NCBI RefSeq assembly: GCF_006345805.1
Contig: NC_043002.1
Location: 114,204,001 to 114,268,000 of the forward strand
Length of the DNA: 64,000 bases
Reading direction: 5' to 3'
Source of the DNA: Octopus sinensis
Taxonomy: Eukaryota
Part shown: piece by piece, positions 25,362-37,643 of the stretch
Layout of the letters: each line of letters opens with the position of its first letter
Position numbering within the stretch: position 1 is the stretch's first letter
The notes under the pieces: model-generated
The model's database searches: none
What the model saw: the letters and a program-made list of their open reading frames with translations, nothing else
What the model was told of the DNA's origin: nothing
Position numbers and translations under genes: made by a program

Positions 25362-25929
25362 CAATGTAGAATTAAACAATATTGTTTACAGACGGATTAA
25401 CAAAATTAAGTTGATTTTGCAATGAAGCACAAAATAATGTCAGTAAAAGGATTTCGGTAATGAATTTTTTAAGTTGGAACTAATAAGATCGACTGTTTAC
25501 TATGAACTCTGCAGAGTGCCAAGTGTATCGAGGTCAAACACTGCCACCACCTACCTACATGTCTACTGATTGACAATGTTAATAGCGCAAAGCAGCAGCC
25601 GTTTAAACAGAAGGATACTGTTACAGATATTTTACTTTATCGTTCATATCTTTTACCCTCTGCTGTTTATTGTGCATAATATTGCATCTCGAAATAGTGG
25701 GATTTGTGTTATTTAGCAAGTTTTATCACTTACACCTGTTGACACAAACGTTGTTTTGTTACATTGTTTATTTATAGTGTGACGTATGGTCTTGCATTTA
25801 AGTGGTAGTCGAAGTAGGAGTTGTTTACTTGTTAGTTTTGCAAGTTGAGATTATTCTGCAGGTCACGTTGACCTAGGATTTGACAGAAATAAAGAAAAAA
25901 AAAAGTTGATAGCTGTCACCGTATTGAAT

Positions 25930-25964
<35 letters not shown>

Positions 25965-26142
25965 GGAGAGAGAGAGGGGGAGAGATGGAGAGAGAGAGGC
26001 TTTATACAGAGATGAAAAAAATTTTTAATTATTCAAACATTTTTCGTTTTACGATTAGAGCACATTAAAATTAGAAATATATATTTCTCTTTATTTCAGC
26101 ATTGTTACTGGTTCTCAGAACTTGCCCATATTTATATTAAAA

Positions 26143-26536
26143 CTAGCAGTATCGCCCGGCGTTGCTCGGGTTTGTAAGGGAAATAACTATATAAGCATTT
26201 TTAGAGATGTAAAGTATAATAGCCATCTCAATATGGCTAACCACAAAGGGGGGGGGGGTTACTGTAGCTTTTTACGTTCTGAGATTTAATAAGAAATTTT
26301 TAGAGAGTTACTTCCCTTTTATATGCCAAAAATGCATTAAAAATGGGAAAAATTGATGGTAAATTTTTTTTTAATCGTAGACTCATCGTAGACACGCGCT
26401 AATACCCAGAAGGGCTCGATATGAATCCCGACTATAAGATACCCGGTTTTGGTTAAACTGCACCGCAAAATGTGGGAGTAGTTAGGAATCTAAATCGTAG
26501 GAGACAGACACACAACCTCACTTTTATATATAAAGA
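26143..26536 (-). mobile_element. Non-autonomous Helitron (short family)
   Basis: 5' TCTTTATATATAAAAG, 3' hairpin CCCGAGCAACGCCGGG + CTAG; 5 copies in the window. Confidence 0.85.
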
Positions 26537-26588
26537 TGACAATGCTAGAAAAACTGAAGATCTTATGAAAATTTAACTGCAGACATAT

Positions 26589-27028
26589 GGCTCCTGCGGA
26601 AAGAATTCCTCCCGTTCCCCCACTATTTCCGACCCATTTTTTCCCCAAAACTCCCGTTTTCGGATACGGCGATTCCGGAAAATTGTCAAAAATCGGCATT
26701 TGGAAATTTCGCACCCCCATCCCGCCTTCCCCCAACTTTCTTAATTTTTTACTCTTTTCCCTAACCGTAATCCTAACCCTAACCCTAATCCTAAAACCCT
26801 AACCCTAACCTTAAAACCCTGACCCTAAAATCCTAACCCTAACCTTAACTAAAAAAAATTTTTGGAAATTTTTTTCAGAATCATAATCTCCGTATTTTTC
26901 CGTATGTTTTTGAAAAAAAAAAAAAAAAATTCTGAAAAAAGTTTTTAAAATGATGAAATTGGGGGCGGTGGGTAATTTCAACATGCCGATTTTTCCAAAT
27001 TTTTTGCAGATTCGTATTCTTAGTAGCC
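26589..27028. repeat. Degenerate MITE-like element with an interstitial (CCCTAA)n tract
   Basis: Imperfect inverted segments (AAAATCGGCAT / ATGCCGATTTT); telomere-like repeats at 26760-26850. Confidence 0.55.
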
Positions 27029-27416
27029 GAAAGAAAAAAGTGTGTGTGTGTGGGGGGGTGGGAGGTACAAAAGGAAGTCTTGCCGGCTTCTGCTTTAAAG
27101 ACGGATGTTCACAATCTGCACAGAGTTGCTGTGACGGTTGTGGGCGTCTATGCCGGAACCTGGAGATTTCAGGCCAAAAAGAGCTAGAAACAGAAACCTC
27201 GACAACATCTTTCGATGAGAAAATGGTAATTTGGTTTCTTTTAATTGTGCTACGACAAACATTAGATGTCAAATAAAGCAATCTTGCATTATATATGTAT
27301 ATATGACAGCTAAAACTCTCCAGGTAGCAAGTGTCACGGCTTACAATCCCTGAAGCATTTGTAAAACAGCAAAGCCCAAAGACAAAACCAAGAATATCAA
27401 TATATCTGGAACGGTA

Positions 27417-27760
27417 TGTGAAGGCGCATGGTTAGAGCTTCGGGCTCACAATAATAAAATAGTGAGTTCGATTCCCGGACCGGGCTGTGTGGTTTTTGTT
27501 CTTGAGCAAGTCACTTTACTTCACGTTACTCCAGTTCATTCAACTGTAGAAATAAGTTGCGACGTCACTGGTGCCAAGCTGCATCGGCCCCTTTGCCTTT
27601 CCCTTGGATAACATCAGTGGGAAGGAGAGGTGAGGCTGCTATGCATGGGTGGTTGTTGATCTTCCATAAGAATCAACCTTGCCCAAGCTTGTGTCTGGAA
27701 GGGGAGCTTTCTAGGTGCAAACCCATGATCCTTCTTGACCGAAGGTGGTCTTGACCCTTT
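27417..27760 (+). mobile_element. tRNA-derived SINE, family D
   Basis: GAAGGCGCATGG..GAGTTCGATTCCCGGACC..TGTTCTTGAGCAAG; homologous to 32838-33169. Confidence 0.82.
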
Positions 27761-28353
27761 ATCTGGAATGGTGCTACTACTGCTGCATCCTGAATAGTAT
27801 ACCGAATACGGCATCCTTATTTCTGCTTCTCTGTTCTAGCAAGCTGAGGGTCATATTAATCCAAACCCACTTTATGCGACTTATAACGTTTTGAATCATA
27901 TTCCTGCTTGACCAGGGATGGCTCTGGAAGATCTAACAACTACAACCCACATGTTCCATCCATCTCTTTTTGTCTTCCTACCCATATTGTCTCTTACTCC
28001 GAGACCCTGCACGAAATCATTTTTTAAAGACCTTTCTTTCAAGAACTGCAAACCCAATGAATTGTCCTCCTCGTATTCCCGAATTTCAACTCCGTCAATC
28101 TTTCCATGCTTCGGAGTCTACAACGTTCATGAGTGCCACCTGTCCTTCCCTGACTATATTTAATACAGCCTACCATTGTTGCTCTCAGCAATGTAAATAT
28201 TCTACACATACGCTCCACCCCACCCCAACGCAATCTGGAAATACTGCGGCAGCTGCATCCTCCCTCTCACTGGGCAAACAGAACAGAAAACTCACTCACA
28301 CAGCTTCATCAGCCCCTAACAATGTCTGTCACTGCTGTGCCACTCTATTGAAT

Positions 28354-28759
28354 ACTCTTTTTTACTCTTTTACTTGTTTCAGTCATTTGACTACGGCCAT
28401 GCTGGAGCACCGCCTTTAGTCGAGCAACTCGATCCCGAGACTTATTCTTTTTGTAAGCCCAGTACTTATTCTATCGGTCTCTTTTTGCCGAACCGCTAAG
28501 TGACGGGGACGTAAGCACACCAACATCGGTTGTGAAGCAATGCTAGGGGAACAAACACAGACACACAAACACACACACACATATATATATATACATATAT
28601 ACATACGACGGGTTTCTTTCAGTTTCCGTCTACCGAATCCACTCACAAGGCTTTGGTCGGCCCGAGGCTATAGCAGAAGACACTTGCCCAAGATGCCACG
28701 CAGTGGGACTGAACCCGGAACCATGTGGTTGGTTAGCAAGCTACTTACCACACAGCCAC
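28354..28759 (-). mobile_element. SINE family C
   Basis: Near full-length reverse copy of 6758-7172. Confidence 0.9.
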
Positions 28760-29324
28760 ACAATAAAGTTTTTATTCAAGTAAAGCCGTAATTGCAAGTA
28801 GACCTGTGACATCTAGAAAACCCTATTCGATTGAATAACGAAAGTTGAACCGCGCAAAATATTGATCACTCACCCATCAAATCGAATTACATGCATGTAA
28901 AATATGAAAACGTCCAGCACTGCAATTACAGGAACGTTATACTGCTAGGGGCAGTCTAGTTTCAAACTCTCGTTGATTGGGAATGGATTATTTTTCAAAC
29001 TCATACTGATTGAGGGAGCGTGAGCTTTCATTCTCATCCAAAAGATGTGACCCGTACCAATATATCCTTTCATGAACGGGAAGTGTTCCTGTAGGGTAAA
29101 ATAACCTTAAGAATTTTTCTCGTTCGTTGTTTGGATTAACGAACAATTATTTGCCAGACGTAAAATATGCTGATCGCTGTAGTGTAAGTTACTGGAGAAT
29201 AACTTCTCCCTTTTATGGCAACTACAGCGACCAGCATATTTTGCGCCTAAGCCTGAACCTGCCTAAACTCTAGATCTTGCTTGACACAGTGCAAATAACG
29301 ATTTTTGTATTGTTTGAATTCTGA

Positions 29325-29854
29325 TGTATGTATGTATGTATGCATGTATGTATGTATGTATGTATGTATGTATGTATGTATGTATGTATGTATGTATGTA
29401 TGTATGTATGTATGTATGTATGTATGTATGTACGTACGTACGTACGTACGTATGTATGTATGTATGTATGTATGTATGTATGTATGTGTGTGTGTATGTG
29501 TGTGTGTGTGTATGTGTGTATGTATGTACGTATGTATGTATGTATGTATGTATGTATGTATGTATGTATGTATGTATGTATGTATGTATGTATGTATGTA
29601 TGTACGTATGTATGTATGTATGTATGTATGTATGTGTGTGTGTATGTATGTGTGTGTGTGTGTGTATGTGCTTGTCCCCCACTCACCGCTTCACAATCGG
29701 TGTTGGTGTGTTTACGTCCCCATAATTAGCAGTTCTGCAAAAAAAAAATCCATTGAATAAGTATTAGACTTAAAAAAATAACTCCTGGCGTTAATTTGTT
29801 CGACTAAGACTCTTTAAGGCGATGCTCCAGCATGGCCGACTGAAAGAAATAAAA

Positions 29855-29857
<3 letters not shown>
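29325..29857 (+). repeat. (TATG)n expansion joined to the 3' half of a family C SINE
   Basis: About 345 bp of microsatellite, then TTGTCCCC..GGTGTGTTTACGTCCCC..GCTCCAGCATGGCCG. Confidence 0.85.
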
Positions 29858-29892
<35 letters not shown>

Positions 29893-30029
29893 GGAGTTAA
29901 ACTCAGGTGTTATTCAAATTCTTTTACTTCCGACATACGTTTCGAAGACAACATTGGTATTATTCCAGAAGGAATAAAATGGTGTAAAACAATGCAATCT
30001 TCTTATGTATGTATATTTTTTGGTGCAGT

Positions 30030-30212
30030 TATAATGATTTCAAATCTTCGCACAAGGCCAGCTATTTCCTCTCGGGGGAGGGGCGTTAAGTCGATTACAT
30101 CGACCTCAGGGTTCTACTTGGTACTTATTTTAACGACTCCGAAAAGAGGAAAGGTAAAGTCGTCCTTGGCGGAATTTGAACTCAAAGAAGGACGAAATAC
30201 CGCTAAGCATTT
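30030..30212 (-). mobile_element. SINE family B, degenerate
   Basis: GGCGGAATTTGAACTC..GACGAAATACCGCTAAGCATT on the plus strand. Confidence 0.7.
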
Positions 30213-30322
30213 ACCCCCGACCGCCTCGCGTGCACTTGGAATTAGAAAGAAAAGGAACCCGAATCAAAAAATAATGTTGCATTTATCTGAGTACAAATTT
30301 ATTATTTTCATACAATTTATTT

Positions 30323-30354
<32 letters not shown>

Positions 30355-31257
30355 ACGCACACACACACACGCACGCACGCACACTCGCACACACACGCAC
30401 GCACGCACGCACACACGCACGCACGCACACTCGCACACACACACATTGTGTGTGTGTGGCAGATGCACTAATTGTAAACGCTGTCTGCGTTTAGAATCCA
30501 CCCGTATCTTTTTGTTCTCTTTGGGAGATCTGTACTGCTACGGCAGCTGCATTTATAAAAGTCCATATAATGTTACCATAGTAACCAGTAGCCTCTACAG
30601 CAGGGAGTCTCCATATAGGAGTCCGACCTGCTAGAAATAGCAACCAAATCTCTCTAAAGTCATACTTATAAATTTTTTTTTTGAAGAGAATGACTTATAT
30701 AATATAGTTAAAGATAAACTGTATTGGAAAAGACGAGATGGTCATAACTAGAATGTCTTTCCTGATAGGTCGGCTCATTAACGACTGACCTGCAGCTAAA
30801 TTACAACAGCAGATGGCGTGCAAGAAACAAGCTGAGCGGTGGAGAGAACGCGACATGTCTAGACAGTCTCTCATTACAGCTGAAACTAGAATAGACTTGT
30901 GGGTTATGCTTATTCGTTCAGTAGAACTGACCTGGGCCAATTGGAAAATATATCGTATTTGCCGGCGTATAAAGCGTACCCATATTTAACGAGTATATTT
31001 TGTAGAATAACAAGTTTTAGTATGTTTCACTTCACTCTCACAGGGAAATATTTTAATGTTTTGCTGGGGAAAATGTATGAACATTTATGATTTTGTACAT
31101 GTAATTACAATAACAGCTAAGCAACAGCTTCACTTCATTAGACACTGCATCTCACTGAAGGTTTACCCGAAAAGGATTTACAATACAGTCCCTAAAGAAG
31201 GGACAAGTGTCGAGACTAAAACATATTTTAATTACAATTACAATATTGTGAAAATAT

Positions 31258-31470
31258 GGAGGCGTGTGACTTAGTCATTAGGGTGTTGGACTCACTGTTC
31301 CGAGATTGTGGTTTCGATTCCTGGCCCGAACGATGCGTTGTGTTCTTGAGCAAAACACGCGAAACACTTCGTTTCATGTTGACCCAGTCTACTCAGATGG
31401 CAAAAATAAATAATGCTGTAACGGACCGGCGTCACGGAAACCGGGAAATCGGCCCTATATGACTCGGTAA
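31258..31470 (+). mobile_element. Degenerate SINE with a D-type body and the type 4 tail
   Basis: TTGTGTTCTTGAGCAA body; GACCGGCGTC..GGAAACCGGGAAATCGGCCC tail as at 48115-48172. Confidence 0.65.
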
Positions 31471-31627
31471 GAATCTCATACCGGAAAACAGTATGAAACC
31501 TTCTTTTGATTTGAGCTTTATTGGATGTTTATTCAATTATATATCCAAATAAATATTTTGAGACAATAAGTCCAATGTTAATAATAGAATAGACAACACA
31601 TCGAAATAACATTTAGTGTCATTGAAT

Positions 31628-31694
<67 letters not shown>

Positions 31695-32243
31695 TTGATA
31701 GATAGAGAGAGAGATAGATAGAGAGAGAGAGAGAGATAGAGATAGAGAGAAAGATAGAGAGAGAGAAATAGAGAGAGAGAGAGAAATCCAAAAAGGTTAT
31801 TTGATTAATTTCGAATTGATTTCTAATAATGGCATAGAACCAAAAATATTGACTGAAGGATATGTTTAGTGAGTAAATTTTAAAGTTTGATGGATGAGTG
31901 ATAGGATTTATCTTATCGACCCTCGAAATATAATGAATAAAGTCTTCTCTGAAAGAAGTCGAACTGTGAACTCGAAAAAGTACAAGAGAATTACACGAAT
32001 ATAAGTGAATTCCTAGCAACAGCAGAACTACAGCGCTCTCTGAATTTCTAGTTGGAGTCATTTCAAATACACGGTTAGAAAGAAAACATTTCTCATTCAT
32101 TCCCGCTTAAAAAGAAACCGATTAATTATCGAAGGGGGAAAAGGAGGGAAGAATTACAAGAGCGCCGGAAAAAGCATGCGTTGCGGTTGCAGTACTTACT
32201 TCTCATGTGCTGTAATGCTACAATAATGTTATTATAGTAACAA

Positions 32244-32837
32244 CTAGCACTATCGCCCGGCGTTGCTCGGGTTTGTAAGGGAAATAACTATATAAGCATT
32301 TTTAGAGAGTTATAGCCAAAAAGTAGCAAAAAAATGCATTAAAAATGGAAAAAAATGATGGTAAATTTTTTTTAAATCGTTGACTCATCGTAGACATTTT
32401 TAGAGAGTTACTTCCCTTATATAATAACGAAAAAATGCATTAAAATGGAAAAAATGATGGTAAATTTTTTTTAAATCGTTGACTCATCGTAGACATTTTT
32501 AGAGAGTTACTTCCCTTATATAATAGCGAAAAAATGCATTAAAATGGAAAAAAATGATGGTAAATTTTTTTAAATCGTTGACTCATCGTAGACATTTTTA
32601 GAGAGTTACTTCCCTTATATAATAGCGAAAAAATGCATTAAAATGGAAAAAAATGATGGTAAATTTTTTTTAAAATCGTAGACTCATCGTAGACGCGCGC
32701 TAATACCCAGAAGGGCTCGATATGAATCACGACTATAAGATACCCGGTTTTGGTTAAACTGCACTGCAAAATGTGGGAGTAGTTAGGAATCTAAATCGTA
32801 GGAGACAGACACACAACTTCACTTTTATATATAAAGA
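32244..32837 (-). mobile_element. Non-autonomous Helitron with four internal ~99-bp tandem units
   Basis: Same termini as 26143-26536; unit starts at ~32303, 32401, 32500 and 32599. Confidence 0.88.
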
Positions 32838-33169
32838 CCCCCTTCGGTCATGAATGACCATGGGATTGCACCTAGAAAGTTACCTTCCTAGATACAAGTC
32901 CGGGCAAGGTTGTTTATGGAAGGCCAGCAGTCGCCCATGCATACCAGCCTCCCCTCTCAACGCCACCAGTGTTATCCAAGGGAAAGACAAAGGTCGATAC
33001 AGCTTGGCACCAGTGACGTCGCAACTCATTTCTACAGCTGAGTGAACTGGAGCAACTTGAAATAAAGTGCCTTGCTCGAGAACACAACACGCAGCCCGGT
33101 CCGGGATTCGAGCTCACAACCTCACGATCGTAAGCTCGACGCTCTAACCACTGAGCCATGCGCCTTCAC
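32838..33169 (-). mobile_element. SINE family D inserted at the Helitron terminus
   Basis: Intact tRNA-like head; TSD ATATATAAAGA at 32827-32837 and 33170-33180. Confidence 0.88.
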
Positions 33170-33677
33170 ATATATAAAGATATAAAAAAGCACCATCCGA
33201 ACGTGGCCGTTGCCAGCGCCTCTCTTGGTAGTAGCCCGACCTGCTAGAAATAGCAACCAAATATCACACTGTTTTAAAAAAGATAAAGGAATGACGTTAA
33301 CAGTATAGTCAGAGATAAATTTATTTTAAAAGATGAGAATGTCATGACTGGAATGTTTTTGATTTTAGGTTAGTTCATTTAACTGGGGAGTTAAAACAAC
33401 AGAAACAATAGCAGAAGCTGCAATATGTGGACAGGATGAAGCTAAGCAGTGGAGAGAATGCAACATGTCTACACAATTTCACTGCACCACATACGATTCA
33501 TTATTGCAATATCAGAGTGCATTGTACGAATCTAAGACAAGCTGAGACGAAATATAACTGCAACAGATTTGTATGCAATGCCTTAGTTTAGTCGACTACT
33601 TACATGACCAAAACTGAACTAATTGAATAGAATAATACATAGGTTAAACGACTAAAGTATTACAATATATATTGCAA

Positions 33678-34073
33678 CTGGCAGTATCGCCCGGCGTTGT
33701 TCGGGTTTGTAAGGGAAATAACTATATAAGCATTTTTAGAGATGTAAAGTATAATAGCCATTTCAATATGGCTAACCACAAGGGGGGTGTGTTACTGTAG
33801 CTTTTTACGTTCTGAGATTTAGTAATAAACTTTTAGAGAGTTACTTCCCTTATATATGCCAAAAATGCATTAAAAATGGGAAAAATTGATGGTAATTTTT
33901 TTTTTAAATCGTAGACTCATCGTAGACGCGCGCTAATACCCAGAAGGGCTCGATATGAATCACGACTATAAGATACCCGGTTTTGGTTAAACTGCACCGC
34001 AAAATGTGGGAGTAGTTAGGAATCTAAATCGTAGGAGACAGACAGCACACAACCTCTCTTTTATATATAAAGA
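33678..34073 (-). mobile_element. Non-autonomous Helitron (short family)
   Basis: Near-identical to 26143-26536; terminal CTAG mutated. Confidence 0.85.
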
Positions 34074-34399
34074 TATCATGCTATGATATGGCTGCATTAG
34101 AAATACTGTGATTTATAGTAGCGACCAACTCACTCCCCTAAAATTTGTTGATTTTGTGCCTAAATCAGAAACCATTATTTAAAAAGAAACCGAGACAACA
34201 GAATCGTTGGAGCCGGAAAAAATATTTTGCATTATTGGTTCCAGCTTCTTAGTTTCTAAGCTCAATTCCCACCGAGTTCAACTTTGCGTTTCAACCTTTT
34301 GGGATCAATAAAGTAAAGTGTCTGTCAAATACTGAGGTCAGTGGTTCGAGAAATCATCTTTAAGTTTGTCATGAACCTAAACTAGAAATCAACATTTCG

Positions 34400-34933
34400 T
34401 TTTTGGATTTGGTTTGTAAGATTCTTTATGTGAGTTCGTGTATTGAAGCATATTCTGTTGTGCCTGGGGAGAGTCATTTTCTTTTTGTGCCACACTCACC
34501 GGTAAAATTTCCACTTTTAAAAAATATTTTATTGTCCTAAAATTTTCGTTGCGTCTTGCAACCTTTTCAATAGTCTTGACTCCGTCCGTTATTTACACTG
34601 CGTTCCTTTTGTTTGTTTGTGCACATGTGTGTGGGTCAGTGTGTGTGTGTGTGTGCATATACATGTATGTATGTACATGGGTATGTATGTATGTATGTAT
34701 GTATGTATGTATGTATGTATGTATGTGTATGTTTGCATGTGTATGTATGTATGTATGTGTGTATGTATGTGTGTGTATGCATATGTGTATATATATATGT
34801 ATGTGTGTGCATCTGTATGTACGTATCCTGCGTATTTATGTGCTCGCCTGTCCGTGTTTGTGTATTTTCTATGTGTGTGTGTGTGTGAGCGTGTGTTTGT
34901 ATATCTATGCACCTCTGTCTCCTTGTGTGTGCA

Positions 34934-34971
<38 letters not shown>

Positions 34972-35435
34972 GTAAGTATGTGCTATGTTTGTATGTATGG
35001 ATGTGCATCTTTATATACTCCACCAACATGCCAAAGACCACCATGGAGCTATCTTGGGTCAACTTGACATCCGCATCTTATCCAAGCACCCAAAAGACCC
35101 AACACTCAGACAAATACGGGAATACGTCCTTACAAATGAAACTTCCCCAATACCAAATAGGAAATATACACAATAAATACCATACCTCCGTACCCACAGT
35201 TTACACAGGTAGACTAGAATAGTTTGTGGACTGTTAGGTAGATAATGTATGTAAGCATATAGAAATAAACAGACGGCTATATAGGCTATACGAACCGACA
35301 CATATGGAGACACCGATCCACACATGAAGGAAATTTTAGGACAATAAAAAATAAGAAAAAAGTGGAAATTTTATCGGTGAGTGTGTTACATAATAAGGCA
35401 CAAAAAGAAAATGACTCTCCCCAGACACAATAGAA
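34400..35435. mobile_element. Penelope-like remnant with inverted pseudo-LTR copies
   Basis: ~95-bp inverted repeat 34453-34547 versus 35330-35435; HAKDHHG..LDIRILSKHPKDPTLRQIRE..NRK resembles a GIY-YIG C-terminus. Confidence 0.65.
34537..34573 (-). ncRNA. Hammerhead-like motif with UUGAAAA core
   Basis: Minus strand cta-TTGAAAA-g-gttgc(aagac)gcaac-GAAA-attt|tag. Confidence 0.5.
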
Positions 35436-36068
35436 GTCAATAGTTGAGGGGAAATAACTCAAAGAATTTATTTAAGAGTTACTTCTACCTGTATGAATGA
35501 CGTCCCTTCTTGATGGAACCCAATCACCCGACAAGCTCGAAATAGCAGCCAATTTCCCTCAAATGCCATCCTACTAACTTAATAATAATAATAATAATAA
35601 TGATAATAATAATGATGTACCAGACAAACAAGATAAAAAAGATGAAGATAGCTGGAATGTCTTTGAGCACGGGTTTGCCCGATCATCATCATCATCATCA
35701 TCATCAACAACAACAACAACAACAACAACAACAACCAAAATTCAGGTAAATTGTTAAATGATATTTAAAATTTCTCTCGATGAGACATTAAAGTGCCTTT
35801 ACTACACTTTACTGTCAAAGCAAGGAAATCAACTGCATATAGATTTGTGCTTCCAGTAAATACGGTTTGGCTTTGAATGGGTCATAGTCTTTTACAGTTT
35901 TCTCTGGTTATGTTCTTCAGGAACTTTAAAGCATAATTTGTTCCAATGCAAAAATTACCAGTCGAAGAGAGAGGAAGGACATTTTAAAACTAGTCTTAAA
36001 ACAGCCACCAAGCTTGCCGTGTAGTTTATTCTCAATGACTAATTTACAAACATTTAACACAAACTTTT

Positions 36069-36381
36069 AACTCTTTAGTCTTTTACTTGTTTCAGTCATT
36101 TTGACTGCGGCCATGCTGGAGCATCGCCTTTAGTCGAACAAATTAACCCCAGGATTTATTCTTTGTAAGCCTAGTACTTATTCCATCGGTCTCTTTTGTC
36201 GAACCGCTAGATTACGGGGACGTAAACACACCAGCATCGGTTGTCAAGCGATGTTGGAGGGACAAATATAGACACACATACACACATACACACACACATA
36301 TATACATGTATACGACGGGCTTCTTTCAGTTTCCGTCTACCAAATCCATTCACACGGATTTGGTCGGCCCGAGGCAATAGT
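36069..36381 (-). mobile_element. SINE family C, head missing
   Basis: Tail and internal region match family C. Confidence 0.85.
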
Positions 36382-36913
36382 ACACGGTCGCTCGATATGC
36401 TTCACCTACCAGCCACGACTAGCTGTTTGGACAACTTCCTGTATATCAGCGGACTGTTCCTTCATAAGTGTTGTGAGCCGACTATATTGATAATAAATTA
36501 GATAAAATTTTAAAAAAGAAAATCATTTCACAGTTCAAGGGAAATAACTCAAAAAAGTTTTATGCAAGAGTTCTTTCCCTGAAAAATTGCTTTCCTTAGT
36601 GAATTACGCCTATTCACAAAGTTTTCGCTTCGAATCTCAGCCAAAATTCCTTCACATCACACACTACTGTCGCAAAACGAAAGGCAATATCAAATAATGT
36701 AGTTCGACATATACAAAACAGGTGAGATAGTGACAGCAGGAATGCTCTTTGACGCAGTTGTACTGAATTAAGTCTGACTCGGAACAAAACGACTCCAACA
36801 AATATTGAAGTTAACAATATCAACAAAAATAACTGTTTCAGTAGTCATAAGGATATCTCTTAACGTGAAAGAAGAACGGTAACTTCAGTAGAATCTTTCG
36901 AATATCTCGCTAA

Positions 36914-37310
36914 TCTTTATATATAAAAGAGAGGTTGTGTGTCTGTCTCCTACGATTTAGATTCCTAACTACTCCCACATTTTGCGGTGCAGTTTAACCA
37001 AAACCGGGTATCTTATAGTCGTGATTCATATCGAGCCCTTCTGGGTATTAGCGCGCGTCTACGATGAGTCTACGATTTTAAAAAAAATTTACCATCATTT
37101 TTTTCCGTTTTAATGCATTTTTTCGCTATTATATAAGGGAAGTAACTCTCTAAAAATGTCTACGATGAGTCAACGATTTAAAAAAAAATTTACCAACATT
37201 TTATTTCCATTTTTAATGCATTTTTTTGCTATTTTTTGGCTATAACTCTCTAAAAATGCTTATATAGTTATTTCCCTTACAAACCCGAGCAACGCCGGGC
37301 GATACTTAAG
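36914..37310 (+). mobile_element. Non-autonomous Helitron (two internal units)
   Basis: TCTTTATATATAAAAG start; CCCGAGCAACGCCGGG hairpin; CTAG end damaged. Confidence 0.83.
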
Positions 37311-37643
37311 AAGACAAAACCCAAAGGATTTGAATGAAAACTTTACGTAATACGTAATTATGTACCAGTAGAATTTATTTCAAACTGGTAGCACTCAATA
37401 TTTATGAAAGTAATTTATGTAATACGTAAATTACTTTCATACTGAGGAAGACGAAGAATATGTTTCGATCAAAACCTTTCTGAATTGTTTGCTGCTGTTC
37501 TTTTGCACCGCATAAAATATATTACAATTTGTCTATATTGACTATCACTAGTCTCCCACGAATGACTAATAAATTTTGGATTCCCTTGCCATTTTAATTT
37601 CTAGTTACTCTTCTATACTTGATTGACACTAAAGCGTATGTAT

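Noticed and set aside
26760-26850. Telomere or chromosome fusion site
   Set aside because: Short, degenerate, one orientation only, and inside a MITE-like element
27900-28330. Possible minus-strand Tx1-like zinc-finger remnant and the overlapping 149-aa plus-strand ORF
   Set aside because: Too degraded to assign; the ORF runs into a SINE tail
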